A stretch of DNA of 64,000 bases from Bacteroidota bacterium (lineage in GTDB: Bacteria > Bacteroidota > Bacteroidia > B-17B0 > Aurantibacillaceae): positions 244,672 through 308,671 of the forward strand of contig CANFTW010000001.1 in NCBI GenBank assembly GCA_947450025.1. Direction: 5' to 3'. The notes beneath the pieces were generated by a model. That model was not told where the DNA came from. It worked only from the letters and a program-made list of their open reading frames with translations, and did no database searches. Position numbers and translations under genes: made by a program. Shown here piece after piece: positions 36,961-48,410 of the stretch. The first letter of the stretch is position 1. Every line of letters starts with the position of its first letter.

Positions 36961-38910
36961 TTATTTTTCTACTGCAAATTTCTTAGTAATAGCTTTGCTA
37001 TTAGCCATTTTAACTTGATAGAAATATAATCCAGCGCTTAAATTATTTAAGTTAACATCAACTTTATTGCTTCCAATATTACCGTAAACTGAAGTTGAAT
37101 ATACGGTTTGTCCAACTGCATTAAGGATAGCAATATCCATTTTAGCATTTTCTTTTAATACTACTTCAATAGTACCATTTGAAGATGCAGGATTTGGGTA
37201 GAAATTCATATTAGAAACCGTTGTATTCATTTCATTAATACCTGTAGCACCGCATACAATATCTCCTACTGGAATTTTTGCATAAACGATATCATTGCTT
37301 ACATCAACGTTATCAGCATCTGGATTTGTTCCAGAAGATGGAGGAACTCCATATCCAGGGATAAAATCTCTTTGATACACAATGTGAACGTTACCATTAA
37401 CATTTTTTGCCATAGAAGCAAACATACCTTCGTAATAAGAACCTGATGCAGTTGGCACAATATTTCTTGGACAAGTCCAGTTTGCACCACCATCAGTTGA
37501 TTTCATAACGTATACTTGTCTTACTACTTTTTCTGCATTACCAACAGAAATCATACTGTCACCAATTGCACAATACGATAAATACATAGTGTTTGCAGCA
37601 TCAAATGCCATACTTGGATAAGATGTTAAAGAACAACCATATCTACCAAAAGCTAAATTACCAGAAACAGATGGAGTTGGGAAGTAAATAGTTCCTTGCT
37701 CTCCTAAATCTTCGATTTGAGCTACTAAATTTCCACCTAAATCAACAGGCATAGACTCATCCCATAAATATAAACCATCTGTATAAGGGAAATAACTATA
37801 ACCACTTGTAGATGGCGCATCATTTAAAATTCTCATTCCACCATATGACACATATGCTTTTCCTGTGTTATCTAAAGCTATTGCTAAATTTCCATCATTT
37901 GTTTGAATTGTATCAGCAACTCCATCAGCATTAATATCTGAAGAAGTAGCTGTATAATCCCATAACGGTAAAGGGAATTTTAAAACTGTTTTAGCAGTCC
38001 AAGTAGCACCTGCATCTGTTGATTTAGACATTACTAAATCTTTATCAGCATCACCAGCAACCACAACAACCGTATTTCCTTTTGCAGCAATTGCATAAGC
38101 ATCACCACCAAATCCTCTAAATGTAGCTGAAGTTAAACCAGCAGGAACTTGATTTACAAGATCCCAAGTAGCACCTCCATCTTTAGAACGAGAAAATACA
38201 ACTGCTCCATCTAAACCTTGCCATAAAGCACCACCTGATGCAGTTGGATAAGTCAATGAAATTGCATAAACTGTATCTCCACCTGCAGGAGAAGATGAAG
38301 TCATTCTTGGCCAAAAGTTACCACCAGTAGTTGCTGTAGGAACAGCTGTCGTACTATTATTCCAAGTACCCGAACCTTTAGTTGCTCTAGAAGCTAAATT
38401 TAACTTACTTAAACCGCTAGCATGAGATAAGATTAACTCTCCACCTGAACGTGTATTCACAATATTACCCCAACCCACACGAGCATTCTCAACTCTCACT
38501 GTAGGAGGTGTAGACCAAGCTGAACCATTGTAATAAGCATATCCAGAACCTCTGTTAGCATATACTCCACCATCAGCTGTTCCTTCAAATGTCCAACAAG
38601 CTGCAACAGAACCGTCAGCATTCACAACAATTCTATCTCCAACACTACTATTTGATTGTAAATCATAATACGTATTTCCAATAATATCTTCTGATATTGC
38701 AGAAACACGTTGATGATTTTTTGCTGAAGCTACTTGTGCCTTTACTTGATAAGGAACATTTAAATTATTTTGTTTATCATCAAACTTGGCATCTTTTTTT
38801 ACTGCTATGTTAGCAAGATCTGAAGAAATTTTGGTTGTCTTTTTGGCAACCTGAGCACATAACATACCTGAAAAGAATACGCTAGTGGCAAATAGTAATT
38901 GTTTTTTCAT
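36961..38910 (-). CDS. T9SS type A sorting-domain secreted protein with BNR/Asp-box repeats
   Basis: Start at MKKQLL (signal peptide); SKDGGATW, STDAGATW and STDGGANW; CTD FYPNPAS...LSAGLYFY...KKFAVEK. Confidence 0.88.
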   Translation of the reverse strand: MKKQLLFATSVFFSGMLCAQVAKKTTKISSDLANIAVKKDAKFDDKQNNLNVPYQVKAQVASAKNHQRVSAISEDIIGNTYYDLQSNSSVGDRIVVNADGSVAACWTFEGTADGGVYANRGSGYAYYNGSAWSTPPTVRVENARVGWGNIVNTRSGGELILSHASGLSKLNLASRATKGSGTWNNSTTAVPTATTGGNFWPRMTSSSPAGGDTVYAISLTYPTASGGALWQGLDGAVVFSRSKDGGATWDLVNQVPAGLTSATFRGFGGDAYAIAAKGNTVVVVAGDADKDLVMSKSTDAGATWTAKTVLKFPLPLWDYTATSSDINADGVADTIQTNDGNLAIALDNTGKAYVSYGGMRILNDAPSTSGYSYFPYTDGLYLWDESMPVDLGGNLVAQIEDLGEQGTIYFPTPSVSGNLAFGRYGCSLTSYPSMAFDAANTMYLSYCAIGDSMISVGNAEKVVRQVYVMKSTDGGANWTCPRNIVPTASGSYYEGMFASMAKNVNGNVHIVYQRDFIPGYGVPPSSGTNPDADNVDVSNDIVYAKIPVGDIVCGATGINEMNTTVSNMNFYPNPASSNGTIEVVLKENAKMDIAILNAVGQTVYSTSVYGNIGSNKVDVNLNNLSAGLYFYQVKMANSKAITKKFAVEK

Positions 38911-38996
38911 GATTTTATTAGTTTTTATAATTAAACAACATTCATACAAACTTAATGATTTAATAATATAAATACTAAAAAACTAGTAAAAAATAA

Positions 38997-40316
38997 CTAC
39001 AAATTTTCTACAACTTTCTCTAATTGAATACCTCTTGAACCCTTTACTAATATTGAATGATAACGAAGTGGATGATCAATGAAATAGTGTTTTAATTCTG
39101 TAACAGTTTCGAAGTAATGGAACTCTGAAAATTTAGAGTTTAAAGTTTTAAAAATTCCCCCAACTAAAAATACATTTTGTGATTTGTATTTACTGACTAA
39201 TTGTAAAATTCGTTTATGTTCTTCCTCACTATAATCGCCCAATTCCAGCATATCTCCTAAAATCAATGCTTTGTTTCCTAAGGCTTGCTTTTCAAAGTTT
39301 TCGATAGATAAACTCATACTACTTGGGTTTGCATTATATGCATCCAAAATAACAGTATTCGTTTCAGTTTTTTTTACCTGAGAGCGATTCATTTCAGGAA
39401 TATACGATGATAAAGCTGAATTAATATCTGAATCACTTACTCCAAAATAATGTCCAATAGTAGTTGCACATAATAAATTAATGAAATTATAATGACCGAA
39501 CATTTGAGTTTTTACTAATGGTCGCTCATCTATAGAAGCTTGTTTTTCTACCCATTTAAATTCAACATACTCCGAATTTGAATATAATCTTCCGTAAATA
39601 TCATAATCTGGATTTTCACCGTAAAACACCTTTGTTAAACCATCACTTAAACTCACTAATACCTCATCATCTCCATTAACAAACACTTTTCTATTTTTTT
39701 TCTTAAGATGCTTATATAACTCACTTTTACCTTTTTTAACGCCTTCTATTCCACCAAAACCTTCTAAATGAGCCTTTCCAATATTTGTAATGATTCCATA
39801 ATCAGGGTCAGAAATATTGCTTAACATTTCTATTTCTCCTTGATGATTGGCTCCCATTTCAATAATAGCCATTTGATGTTCAGATGTTATCGATAATAAG
39901 GTTAATGGTACGCCTATATGATTGTTTAAATTACCTTTAGTAGCGTATGTATTATATTTTTTAGATAGAACGGCATGTATTAATTCTTTATTGGTTGTTT
40001 TACCATTACTACCAGTTATACCAATAACAACACATTTCAATTGCTGACGATGATATTTGGCTAATTCTTGAAGGGATTCTAAAACATTTTCGACTAAAAG
40101 TATAGTTTGATGACTTGCATTGTTTTCGTTGTCAACTATAGCAAAAGCACAGCCTCCTTTGATAGCCTTCTCTGCAAATTCATTCGCATCAAAATTATCC
40201 CCCTTTAATGCAAAGAAAATAGAACCATTTTCTAATTTTCTTGTATCAGTTGTGATTTTCTGCTGACAATTAATAAATAAAACATATAATTCCTGTATAC
40301 TAAGATATTTCTTCAT
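38997..40316 (-). CDS. murF: UDP-MurNAc-tripeptide:D-Ala-D-Ala ligase
   Basis: ITGSNGKTTNKE, NLNNHIGVP, EMGANH, DAYNANPSS, GDMLELG and KGSRG. Confidence 0.96.
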   Translation of the reverse strand: MKKYLSIQELYVLFINCQQKITTDTRKLENGSIFFALKGDNFDANEFAEKAIKGGCAFAIVDNENNASHQTILLVENVLESLQELAKYHRQQLKCVVIGITGSNGKTTNKELIHAVLSKKYNTYATKGNLNNHIGVPLTLLSITSEHQMAIIEMGANHQGEIEMLSNISDPDYGIITNIGKAHLEGFGGIEGVKKGKSELYKHLKKKNRKVFVNGDDEVLVSLSDGLTKVFYGENPDYDIYGRLYSNSEYVEFKWVEKQASIDERPLVKTQMFGHYNFINLLCATTIGHYFGVSDSDINSALSSYIPEMNRSQVKKTETNTVILDAYNANPSSMSLSIENFEKQALGNKALILGDMLELGDYSEEEHKRILQLVSKYKSQNVFLVGGIFKTLNSKFSEFHYFETVTELKHYFIDHPLRYHSILVKGSRGIQLEKVVENL

Positions 40317-40327
40317 GGCATAAAATT

Positions 40328-40359
40328 AAAAAGCCCCTTATCGTTTGATAAGGGGCTTT
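40328..40359 (-). terminator. Hairpin/terminator between gldJ and murF
   Basis: AAAGCCCCTTATC-GTTT-GATAAGGGGCTTT. Confidence 0.75.
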
Positions 40360-40378
40360 ACATATAGTTTTCAACAAT

Positions 40379-42043
40379 TTATTTTCCTAAACCAACTGGG
40401 CTACCAACACGAACCATTGCACATCTAAATCCAATGAATGCGGTTGCTTGTCTTTGATCTAAATAACGACGAGTACCAGGATTTAGCCAATATGCTCTAT
40501 CTCTCCAGCTACCACCTTTATAAACTCTAGATTTATCATTTATTAAAGATGTTTTTGCGTATTCATACATTAACTTATCTGATTTATCACTGTAAGCATC
40601 TTCACCTTCTGTGTAATAAATACTTGAATTTACATCACCATCTAAATAACTAATATAATCTGCTGTTTTATAATTTCTTCTCTCATCTAAGTTATCAGAT
40701 GAAACTGCTGAAGAAACTTCTCTCCATTTTACACGACCTGGGATATCTGATTTACCTTCTGCTGTAACGTTTTTATTACCGTTCATTGCATCTACATCTT
40801 CAGGTTTACCATTCATTGTAGTTAATACGCTATCTGTCACTTCAACAGTTTCGCCACTCACACCATGTCCTCCTGGAGGGTTTACTTTGTGTTTGAATTT
40901 TTGGAAAACTGGACCTGCATCATTTGTAGAAATAGAACCATCTGTACTATCTTTTACTTGAGTTACAAAAACGTTACCACGGAATGGTCTAAATTCATCT
41001 GCGTCTTGAGCAGTTGAAGCTCTATAAACATCCATCACCCATTCAGAAACGTTACCTGCCATATTATATAAACCGTAATCATTTGGCCAATAAGAATATA
41101 CAGGAGCAGTCACATCAGCATTATCATTTAAGAAACCTGCAGTACCCATCATATCACCACTTCCACGAACAAAGTTAGCAGCAATTTGTCCAATATATGT
41201 TTCATCAGCGTTACGAACACCATGACCATTCCAAGGATAAATTCTACGATCAGTGATACGCTCACCAATGGTATTACCAATTAAACCATAAGCAGCATAT
41301 TCCCATTCTGCTTCTGTTGGTAGTCGGTATTTTGGCAAGAAGATTCCATCTTCCATTTTAACATCTCTTTCAGGGTTTTGCTCGTCAAATGAAGGTAATT
41401 TTTGTTTTAATTGACCTTGCCATTTACCAGATAAATAAGCTTCTGTACTGAAATAATCTTGATCAGAAGGATTTGGAACATGTTCTAATAATCCTTCACG
41501 AATTAAGATAAATTCATTAACGCGATCTGTTCTCCAAGCACAAAACTCATTGGCTTGTAACCAGTTAATACCAACTACAGGGTAATCTCTGTATGAAGGA
41601 TGGCGTAAATAATATTCAACATATGGTTCATTATATGCTAATTTTTCTCTCCATACTAATGTATCAGGTAAAGCTTTGTAATAAATATCTGGGAAAGTAG
41701 GTCCAAATACACGATTTGTCCACCATAGGTATTCTAAATAAGAGAAATTACTTACTTCAGTTTCGTCCATATAGAAAGAAGAAACAGTAACACGACGAGG
41801 AACGTTATTCCATTCATAGGTTACATCTGTTTCATTACGCCCCATAGAAAATGTTCCACCTTCTATTAATACTAAACCAGGTCCGGTTTCTTGTTCTTCA
41901 TAAGGCATTTTTTCGAAACCTCCGTTATCAGGGTCATTATATGACCAACCAGTAATAGGAGAACGTTCTGTACCACAAGATACAGCAATAATCGATAAGA
42001 GAATTGCTAGTGCTTTTCGAGTTTTAATGAAATTGAACTTCAT
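40379..42043 (-). CDS. gldJ: Gliding motility lipoprotein GldJ
   Basis: Lipobox AVSC, S.ITGW.YND, FYMDETEV.N, LPDTLVWR, RLPTEAEWEYAA and RVYKGGSW.D; conserved position next to murF. Confidence 0.88.
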   Translation of the reverse strand: MKFNFIKTRKALAILLSIIAVSCGTERSPITGWSYNDPDNGGFEKMPYEEQETGPGLVLIEGGTFSMGRNETDVTYEWNNVPRRVTVSSFYMDETEVSNFSYLEYLWWTNRVFGPTFPDIYYKALPDTLVWREKLAYNEPYVEYYLRHPSYRDYPVVGINWLQANEFCAWRTDRVNEFILIREGLLEHVPNPSDQDYFSTEAYLSGKWQGQLKQKLPSFDEQNPERDVKMEDGIFLPKYRLPTEAEWEYAAYGLIGNTIGERITDRRIYPWNGHGVRNADETYIGQIAANFVRGSGDMMGTAGFLNDNADVTAPVYSYWPNDYGLYNMAGNVSEWVMDVYRASTAQDADEFRPFRGNVFVTQVKDSTDGSISTNDAGPVFQKFKHKVNPPGGHGVSGETVEVTDSVLTTMNGKPEDVDAMNGNKNVTAEGKSDIPGRVKWREVSSAVSSDNLDERRNYKTADYISYLDGDVNSSIYYTEGEDAYSDKSDKLMYEYAKTSLINDKSRVYKGGSWRDRAYWLNPGTRRYLDQRQATAFIGFRCAMVRVGSPVGLGK

Positions 42044-42103
42044 GTTTTGATGATTTATTTAAGGCTATAACGAAAGTTTATAAAAAAGGTTACAATTTAA
42101 TTT

Positions 42104-43057
42104 TTAGAAAGATGGGCAGCTAATAGTTCTATATTTCTTTTTCTTAGGTCTACATTCAAATTGCATTTGCAAAGATACCTCATGAGAACCGGCAGTATTA
42201 CTGGATAATTTAGAAACAGTGACATCATAACTATATCCTACTTTTAAATGATCTGTTTGAAGACCTATTAAAACAATAAACGCGTCTGAATTTCTATACC
42301 ATAAACCGCCTACAAAGTTACCTTTTACAAAATATAATCCAAGATTTAGTTGAGTAAAGTTTTGTTGCTGTTGAAATAATACGTTAGGAGAAATATAAGA
42401 TTCATTTCCTTTTTCAAGAGGAATAATAGCTCCAGCGTGTCCAGTAAACTTCATTGGTAACTTTGAAGGACCTTGTAACCCTTCATCAGGCTGAGTAATA
42501 TGATGTGCTGCAAATCCAACAAAATAACGTTTACTGTAACCTAATAAACCAGCTGAAAAATCTAAATTAGTTTTTGTTTGAGCAGGTATAATTTCATTTG
42601 TATTCCAAACAAAACCTCTTCTTGCATCAATCATATCTCCAAAATTCAATTTTGTTCTATCTAAAGATTTTTGAAAAAAACCTGCTTGCAAACCAGCTTT
42701 AATTGAAAATTCACGGGTTACTGGTAATAAATATGAATAAACAATACTAGCATTAGTTGATTTTAAAGTTCCGTGCGCTTGATCATCTTGAGTAACAATA
42801 AGACCTAAACCTCCACTAATAGCATCAATATGTTGATCATAAGAAGCGCTGTAAGTGACATAAGTACCAGATAAATTTGGCCATTGATTTCTGTAATTCA
42901 TACAGATTCTAGGGCATCTTGCAGTTCCAGCAAATGCAGGATTTAAATATAAAGGATTTGCATAAAACTGTGTAAATTGAGGATCTTGAGCCTTTAAATC
43001 TTGCCAAACGCCAGTAACACAAACAATTGTGAGTAATATTATCAGTTTCTTCGCCAT
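42104..43057 (-). CDS. PorP/SprF family T9SS membrane protein
   Basis: QDPQFTQFY.NPLYLNPAFAG, YRNQW, GYSYD and GSHEVS. Confidence 0.92.
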   Translation of the reverse strand: MAKKLIILLTIVCVTGVWQDLKAQDPQFTQFYANPLYLNPAFAGTARCPRICMNYRNQWPNLSGTYVTYSASYDQHIDAISGGLGLIVTQDDQAHGTLKSTNASIVYSYLLPVTREFSIKAGLQAGFFQKSLDRTKLNFGDMIDARRGFVWNTNEIIPAQTKTNLDFSAGLLGYSKRYFVGFAAHHITQPDEGLQGPSKLPMKFTGHAGAIIPLEKGNESYISPNVLFQQQQNFTQLNLGLYFVKGNFVGGLWYRNSDAFIVLIGLQTDHLKVGYSYDVTVSKLSSNTAGSHEVSLQMQFECRPKKKKYRTISCPSF

Positions 43058-43159
43058 GTAAAGTTATTTTACTTAAATCTATTCCTAATCACAAATATAG
43101 CAGTCAATTTTGAAAATAAAAACTTTTATGCAACAATATTTTTTTTTCTTTGTCGTTTT

Positions 43160-46100
43160 ATGGAATATATTTACAAAAAGTCCAAGCAAATGCTTTCTAT
43201 CACTAAAGTTAAACTAATTTTTTTAGTTTTTTTATTTTTAAATTATTTTTTTGGTTATTCCCAAGTAATCAAAGATAATAAAAATACCATTAATTATCTA
43301 AATAACAAAGATTTAGCTTCAGAATCAAAAATATCAGCCTTTTTGAATAACTGTCATAAAGACTTTAAAAATCAAAATTTACCCTATTTACTTGAATATA
43401 TTACATTAAATGGAGATGTTGTTCCGTCTTTTAAACTTGAGCAAACTTCAATAAGAGAGCTTACCAGTAAAGAGTTGGAAGAAATTTCAACATTCAAACA
43501 TTTAATTACCTCTAATTTCGAATTAGCTTCATCCATAGGAACAGCAAGAAATGAACGCTTAATGTACGCGAAGATTATTCCATTAAGATTAAATCCTATT
43601 TCTAACAAATATGAATATTTAGAAAATTATATCGCTAATTGGGATTTTCAAACGCCTAATATGACTGTCTCAAAAAGTCAATTAAAACATAACAATAAAA
43701 TCAATAACACCACATCATCTGTTTTAGCAACTGGGAAATGGTATAAAATAGGTGTCACTCAAGATGGCGTATACAAAATTGACAAAACTATATTATCTGA
43801 TTTAGGAATTGACGCTACAAATATTGACCCTAGAAATATTAGAATTTATGGAAATGGTGGGAAATTAATTCCTGAAAAAAATTCAGTATTTAGATACGAT
43901 GACCTTCAAGAAAATGCCATTAATGTTATTGGAGAAAATGATGGTGTATTTGATAATGGTGACTATATCTTATTTTATGGACAAAGCACTGATTCATGGA
44001 AAAAATCAGGAGATGTAAGATTACCATATGAACATCAAACACATTATTTTAGCGACACCTCCTTTTATTTTATTACCACAGATTTAGGTTTGGGTAAACG
44101 CATTGCTTCTCAAAATTCGCTTTCCAATTCACCAAACACCACCACTAATTCTCATGATTATTATGGAATTCATGAATTAAATTCTGTTAATGTTACAAAA
44201 AGTGGGAGAGAATTTTACGGAGAAAAATTTGATTTAACAACCTCCTATTCTTTTGGATTTTCGATACCTGACGCCGTTGTTGGTGATAGTGTTTACGTGA
44301 AAGTAGGAGCATTATCAAGAAGTGGTGTTACTTCGAGTTACGCCGTTAATTTTAATAGTGGATCTTTTACATTTTCGTGTGCTCCAACTAATGTGTCTTA
44401 TTACCTAGCTGATTGGGGCTATTATGGCGAAAATGCTAAAGGAGGAATTCTAAGTTCTAATTATTTATCTGTGACCGTGTCGAAGCAAACATCTCAGGCT
44501 ACGGGACTATTAGACCGTATTGTTTTTAATTGTCGCCGCAATTTAATATTTAATCAAAATCAATTTAATTTTAGAGATAGGAAAACAGTAGCTGGTCCAA
44601 ATTCTTTAGCGAAATACATTCTTAATCTTAGTAATACTAATATTCCAACCATTTGGGACGTGTCCAATCCTATAGACGTTAAAAAACAGATTTTTAATAC
44701 GAATGCTAATCTTATTGATTTTACGGTATCATCTGATTCATTAAAAGAATTCTGCATATTTACTAATAATCAAGCATACATACCAAAAGCATATGGAATT
44801 ATTCCAAATCAAAACTTACATGGAATTCTTCAAGCCGATTTAGTTATTGTAACACATCCTTCTTTTTTAGCGGAAGCGCAGCGAATAGCAGCGATTCACC
44901 AAAATTACGACACTCTTACTTATGCAATTGCTACAACTCAAGAAGTATACAATGAATTTTCATCTGGTACGCCTGATATAGGAGGCATCCGTGATTTTGT
45001 GAAAATGTTATATAAACGGCCTACTAATCCAGATTTAGCGACACAATATTTATTATTACTAGGTGATGGTTCTTATAAAAATAAAGATATTAGTGCTAAT
45101 GGGAATACAGCTCTTGTTCCATGCTTCGAAACAGTTAATTCTTCATCTTTTTTAAGTTCGTTTGTTACCGATGATTATTTTGCAATGATGGATGATAATG
45201 AGGGTGACTTACTTCCTTCAAGTTCTGACTTGGTGGATATTGGTGTTGGGCGCTTTCCAGTAAAAAATAAATCAGAGGCCATTGCAGTGACAAATAAAAT
45301 TGAGCATTACTATGAACGCAATTTCAACTTTGATGTACATGCTTCCGAATCATCATGTTCAACTCAAGGAAACAATTACCCTCAAGGTGATTGGAGAAAC
45401 TGGGTTTGCTTTATCGCCGATGATGAAGATAATAATGAGCATGTGAATCAAGCTAATTTATTAGCTGATAAAGTTTATAATAGCAACAAATATTATAACG
45501 TTGATAAAATATTTTTAGACGCCTATGTTCAATATTCAACTCCGGGTGGAGATCGTTATCCGGATGCGATTAATGACCTAAATAGACGCATGGAAAAAGG
45601 CGCATTAATAGTTAATTATACAGGACATGGAGGAGAATTAGGATTAGCTGAAGAACGTATTGTTGAAGTGGCTCAAATTTTAGGATGGACAAATAAAAAC
45701 AATTTACCATTAATGGTCACAGCAACCTGCGAGTTTAGTCGTTTTGATGACCCAGAAAGAACTTCTGCAGGTGAATATTGTTTACTAAATGAAAATGGAG
45801 GTGCTATAGGTTTAATGACAACCGTTAGAGTTGCCTTTTCGGGGCTTAATTACATTTTAAACAACGCATTCTACGATTATGCGTTAAGTCCTATGACTAA
45901 TGGTAAAATGCCTCACATTGGTGATATTTACAGATTAACAAAGCGACAAATTGGAGCTAACGAACAATACCGAAATTTTGTAATTTTAGGAGATCCTGCC
46001 TTAAGACTTTCATACCCAGAACAGAAAGTATATACCTCCACTTTTAACTCTCAACCTGTTACCGTATCGTCTAGTGATACTTTAAAAGCATTATCACTTA

Positions 46101-47104
46101 TTAATGTGACAGGCTATGTTGGAGATAAAAACGGAAATATTCTTTCTAATTTCAACGGGGTTGTTTTTCCGACTGTTTTTAATAGAGAAGATACTGTGAA
46201 AACATTAGCTAATGATCCTGGCTCAATTAAAATGCCATTTTTGTTACAAAAAAACATCATTTATAGAGGAAAATCTGAAGTGATAAATGGTATATTCTCT
46301 TTTTCCTTTTTAGTACCAAAAGACATCAGTTATACTTTTGGTAAGGGTAAAATTAGCTACTATGCTCATAATGGGATCCACGATGCTAGCGGATTTTATA
46401 ATCAAATAGTAATTGGTGGTTCAAATCCAAATGCCTTAATTGATAATCAAGGTCCTAGTGTAGGATTATTTATGAATGATAAAAAATTTGTGTCGGGTGG
46501 GACTACTAACGAAAGTCCTAAAATATATGCTGAAATTAAAGATGTGAGTGGAATTAACACCATAGGAACAGGAATTGGCCATGATGTTGTAGCTGTATTA
46601 GACGATAATACTAATAAACCAATTATTCTGAACGATTATTACGTTTCTGATTTAAACACCTATCAATCAGGAAAAATTAATTATCCTTTTAATGAATTAA
46701 GCGAAGGAAATCATCGATTAAGCCTAAGGGTATGGGATGTTCAAAACAATTCTACGAATTCATATACAGAGTTTGTGGTATCTAAGGAGGCTGATTTAGC
46801 GCTTAATCATATCTTAAACTACCCTAACCCATTTACTACTAAAACTAACTTTTTTATTGAACATAATCAATGTTGCACAACTTTGAAAGTACTAATTCAA
46901 ATCTATACCATTTCAGGAAAAGTTGTAAAATCGATTAATCAAACAATAAATAACGAAGGTTTCCGTTTTGATGGTATTGAATGGGATGGGAAAGATGAAT
47001 TTGGAGATAAATTAGCTAGAGGAGTTTATATTTATAAAGTTACAGTAACAGATGGCTCAAAGAAAAAAGCTGAAAAAATAGAAAAGTTGGTAATTCTAAA
47101 TTAA
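43160..47104 (+). CDS. porU: T9SS sortase PorU (C25 peptidase)
   Basis: SSVLATGKWYKI, YNEFSSG, TDDY, NYTGHGGE, TATCEFSRFDDP and CTD LNYPNPF. Alternative start at 43190. Confidence 0.95.
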   Translation: MEYIYKKSKQMLSITKVKLIFLVFLFLNYFFGYSQVIKDNKNTINYLNNKDLASESKISAFLNNCHKDFKNQNLPYLLEYITLNGDVVPSFKLEQTSIRELTSKELEEISTFKHLITSNFELASSIGTARNERLMYAKIIPLRLNPISNKYEYLENYIANWDFQTPNMTVSKSQLKHNNKINNTTSSVLATGKWYKIGVTQDGVYKIDKTILSDLGIDATNIDPRNIRIYGNGGKLIPEKNSVFRYDDLQENAINVIGENDGVFDNGDYILFYGQSTDSWKKSGDVRLPYEHQTHYFSDTSFYFITTDLGLGKRIASQNSLSNSPNTTTNSHDYYGIHELNSVNVTKSGREFYGEKFDLTTSYSFGFSIPDAVVGDSVYVKVGALSRSGVTSSYAVNFNSGSFTFSCAPTNVSYYLADWGYYGENAKGGILSSNYLSVTVSKQTSQATGLLDRIVFNCRRNLIFNQNQFNFRDRKTVAGPNSLAKYILNLSNTNIPTIWDVSNPIDVKKQIFNTNANLIDFTVSSDSLKEFCIFTNNQAYIPKAYGIIPNQNLHGILQADLVIVTHPSFLAEAQRIAAIHQNYDTLTYAIATTQEVYNEFSSGTPDIGGIRDFVKMLYKRPTNPDLATQYLLLLGDGSYKNKDISANGNTALVPCFETVNSSSFLSSFVTDDYFAMMDDNEGDLLPSSSDLVDIGVGRFPVKNKSEAIAVTNKIEHYYERNFNFDVHASESSCSTQGNNYPQGDWRNWVCFIADDEDNNEHVNQANLLADKVYNSNKYYNVDKIFLDAYVQYSTPGGDRYPDAINDLNRRMEKGALIVNYTGHGGELGLAEERIVEVAQILGWTNKNNLPLMVTATCEFSRFDDPERTSAGEYCLLNENGGAIGLMTTVRVAFSGLNYILNNAFYDYALSPMTNGKMPHIGDIYRLTKRQIGANEQYRNFVILGDPALRLSYPEQKVYTSTFNSQPVTVSSSDTLKALSLINVTGYVGDKNGNILSNFNGVVFPTVFNREDTVKTLANDPGSIKMPFLLQKNIIYRGKSEVINGIFSFSFLVPKDISYTFGKGKISYYAHNGIHDASGFYNQIVIGGSNPNALIDNQGPSVGLFMNDKKFVSGGTTNESPKIYAEIKDVSGINTIGTGIGHDVVAVLDDNTNKPIILNDYYVSDLNTYQSGKINYPFNELSEGNHRLSLRVWDVQNNSTNSYTEFVVSKEADLALNHILNYPNPFTTKTNFFIEHNQCCTTLKVLIQIYTISGKVVKSINQTINNEGFRFDGIEWDGKDEFGDKLARGVYIYKVTVTDGSKKKAEKIEKLVILN

Positions 47105-47107
47105 TTA

Positions 47108-47115
47108 TATCTTTG
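47108..47115 (+). promoter_or_regulatory. Bacteroidota -7 promoter box upstream of porV
   Basis: TATCTTTG about 30 nt upstream of ATG 47145. Confidence 0.55.
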
Positions 47116-47144
47116 GTGCTGTCTTTTTAATAAAGAATAATACA

Positions 47145-48410
47145 ATGCAAAAACGAATAATAGCAATTGTTGGAACTGGAGTTTTATTGTCTTCGCAGGC
47201 ATTAGCTCAAACTTCCACCACATCAAAAGCCCTTACTACGCAAGAATTAAGTGGTAGAGTAAACACCATTACAACTGCGGTACCTTTTTTAATGATTGCA
47301 CCTGATTCGCGACAAGGCGGAATGGGAGAAGTTGGAGCTGCGACACCAGCTGATGGAAATAGTATCCATTGGAACGTTGCAAAAATGGCCTTTGCCGAAA
47401 AAAAAGGGGGTGCTGCGATTTCTGTCACACCATGGCTTAAACAATTAGTACCAGATATTTATTTATACTATGTGGCTGGCTATGGAAAAATCAGTAAAAC
47501 ACAAACTATAGGTGCATCATTACGTTATTTTTCTTTAGGAAATATAACCTTCACTGATATTGTAGGAAATACAACTGGACAATTTAGACCTAACGAATTT
47601 GCTTTAGATTTAGCTTATTCTCAAAAATTATCAAAAACATTTTCCGCAGGATTAGCTGCTCGTTACGTTCGTTCAAACCTTACTGGAAATTACACCTTAA
47701 GTAATGGACAACCAACTAAACCAGGAACATCCGTAGCCGTAGATGTGGGATTATATTACCAATCTCAAAAATTAAAAATCAACGATAAAAAAGCAACTGC
47801 TAGTTTAGGATTAGTATTTAGTAACATAGGATCTAAAGTTTCTTATTCTGTTAAAAAAGATTTTATTCCAATGAACATGCGTTTAGGTGGTGGTTTGAAA
47901 TTTGATATAGATGAAACAAATACATTTGGTGTTTACGGTGATATTAATAAACTGTTAGTTCCAACTCAACCTGTATACAAAAAAGCTCTAGACTCATTAG
48001 GTAACCCTACACCTTATGATGCGGTAGATAATGATGGGAACAAAATTATTGAAGCTGGTAAAGACCCTAATGTTGGTATTGCAAAAGGAATTTTTCAATC
48101 ATTTGGAGATGCACCAGGAGGATACAAAGAAGAATTAAAAGAGATTAATTACAGCGTTGGTTTTGAATATTGGTATGCGAAAACTTTTGCAGTTAGAGCA
48201 GGTTATTTTAACGAATCTAAAACAAAAGGCAACCGTAAATTTTTTACAGCAGGAATTGGATTAAGATATAATGTTTTTGGTTTAGATATGGCTTATTTAA
48301 TTCCAATCACACAACGAAATCCTTTACAAAACACACTTCGTTTTACATTAACATTTGATTTTGATGCTTTTAAAGATCAAAACAAGGAAGCACCTAAACC
48401 AGTAGAATAA
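47145..48410 (+). CDS. porV: T9SS outer-membrane protein PorV
   Basis: ITTAVPFLMIAPDSRQGGMG, SLRYFSLG, KGNRKFFT and NPLQNTLRFTL; follows porU. Confidence 0.95.
   Translation: MQKRIIAIVGTGVLLSSQALAQTSTTSKALTTQELSGRVNTITTAVPFLMIAPDSRQGGMGEVGAATPADGNSIHWNVAKMAFAEKKGGAAISVTPWLKQLVPDIYLYYVAGYGKISKTQTIGASLRYFSLGNITFTDIVGNTTGQFRPNEFALDLAYSQKLSKTFSAGLAARYVRSNLTGNYTLSNGQPTKPGTSVAVDVGLYYQSQKLKINDKKATASLGLVFSNIGSKVSYSVKKDFIPMNMRLGGGLKFDIDETNTFGVYGDINKLLVPTQPVYKKALDSLGNPTPYDAVDNDGNKIIEAGKDPNVGIAKGIFQSFGDAPGGYKEELKEINYSVGFEYWYAKTFAVRAGYFNESKTKGNRKFFTAGIGLRYNVFGLDMAYLIPITQRNPLQNTLRFTLTFDFDAFKDQNKEAPKPVE

Noticed and set aside
38997..48410. murF-gldJ-porP-porU-porV cluster as a novel system
   Set aside because: Well-known conserved Bacteroidota T9SS and gliding arrangement.
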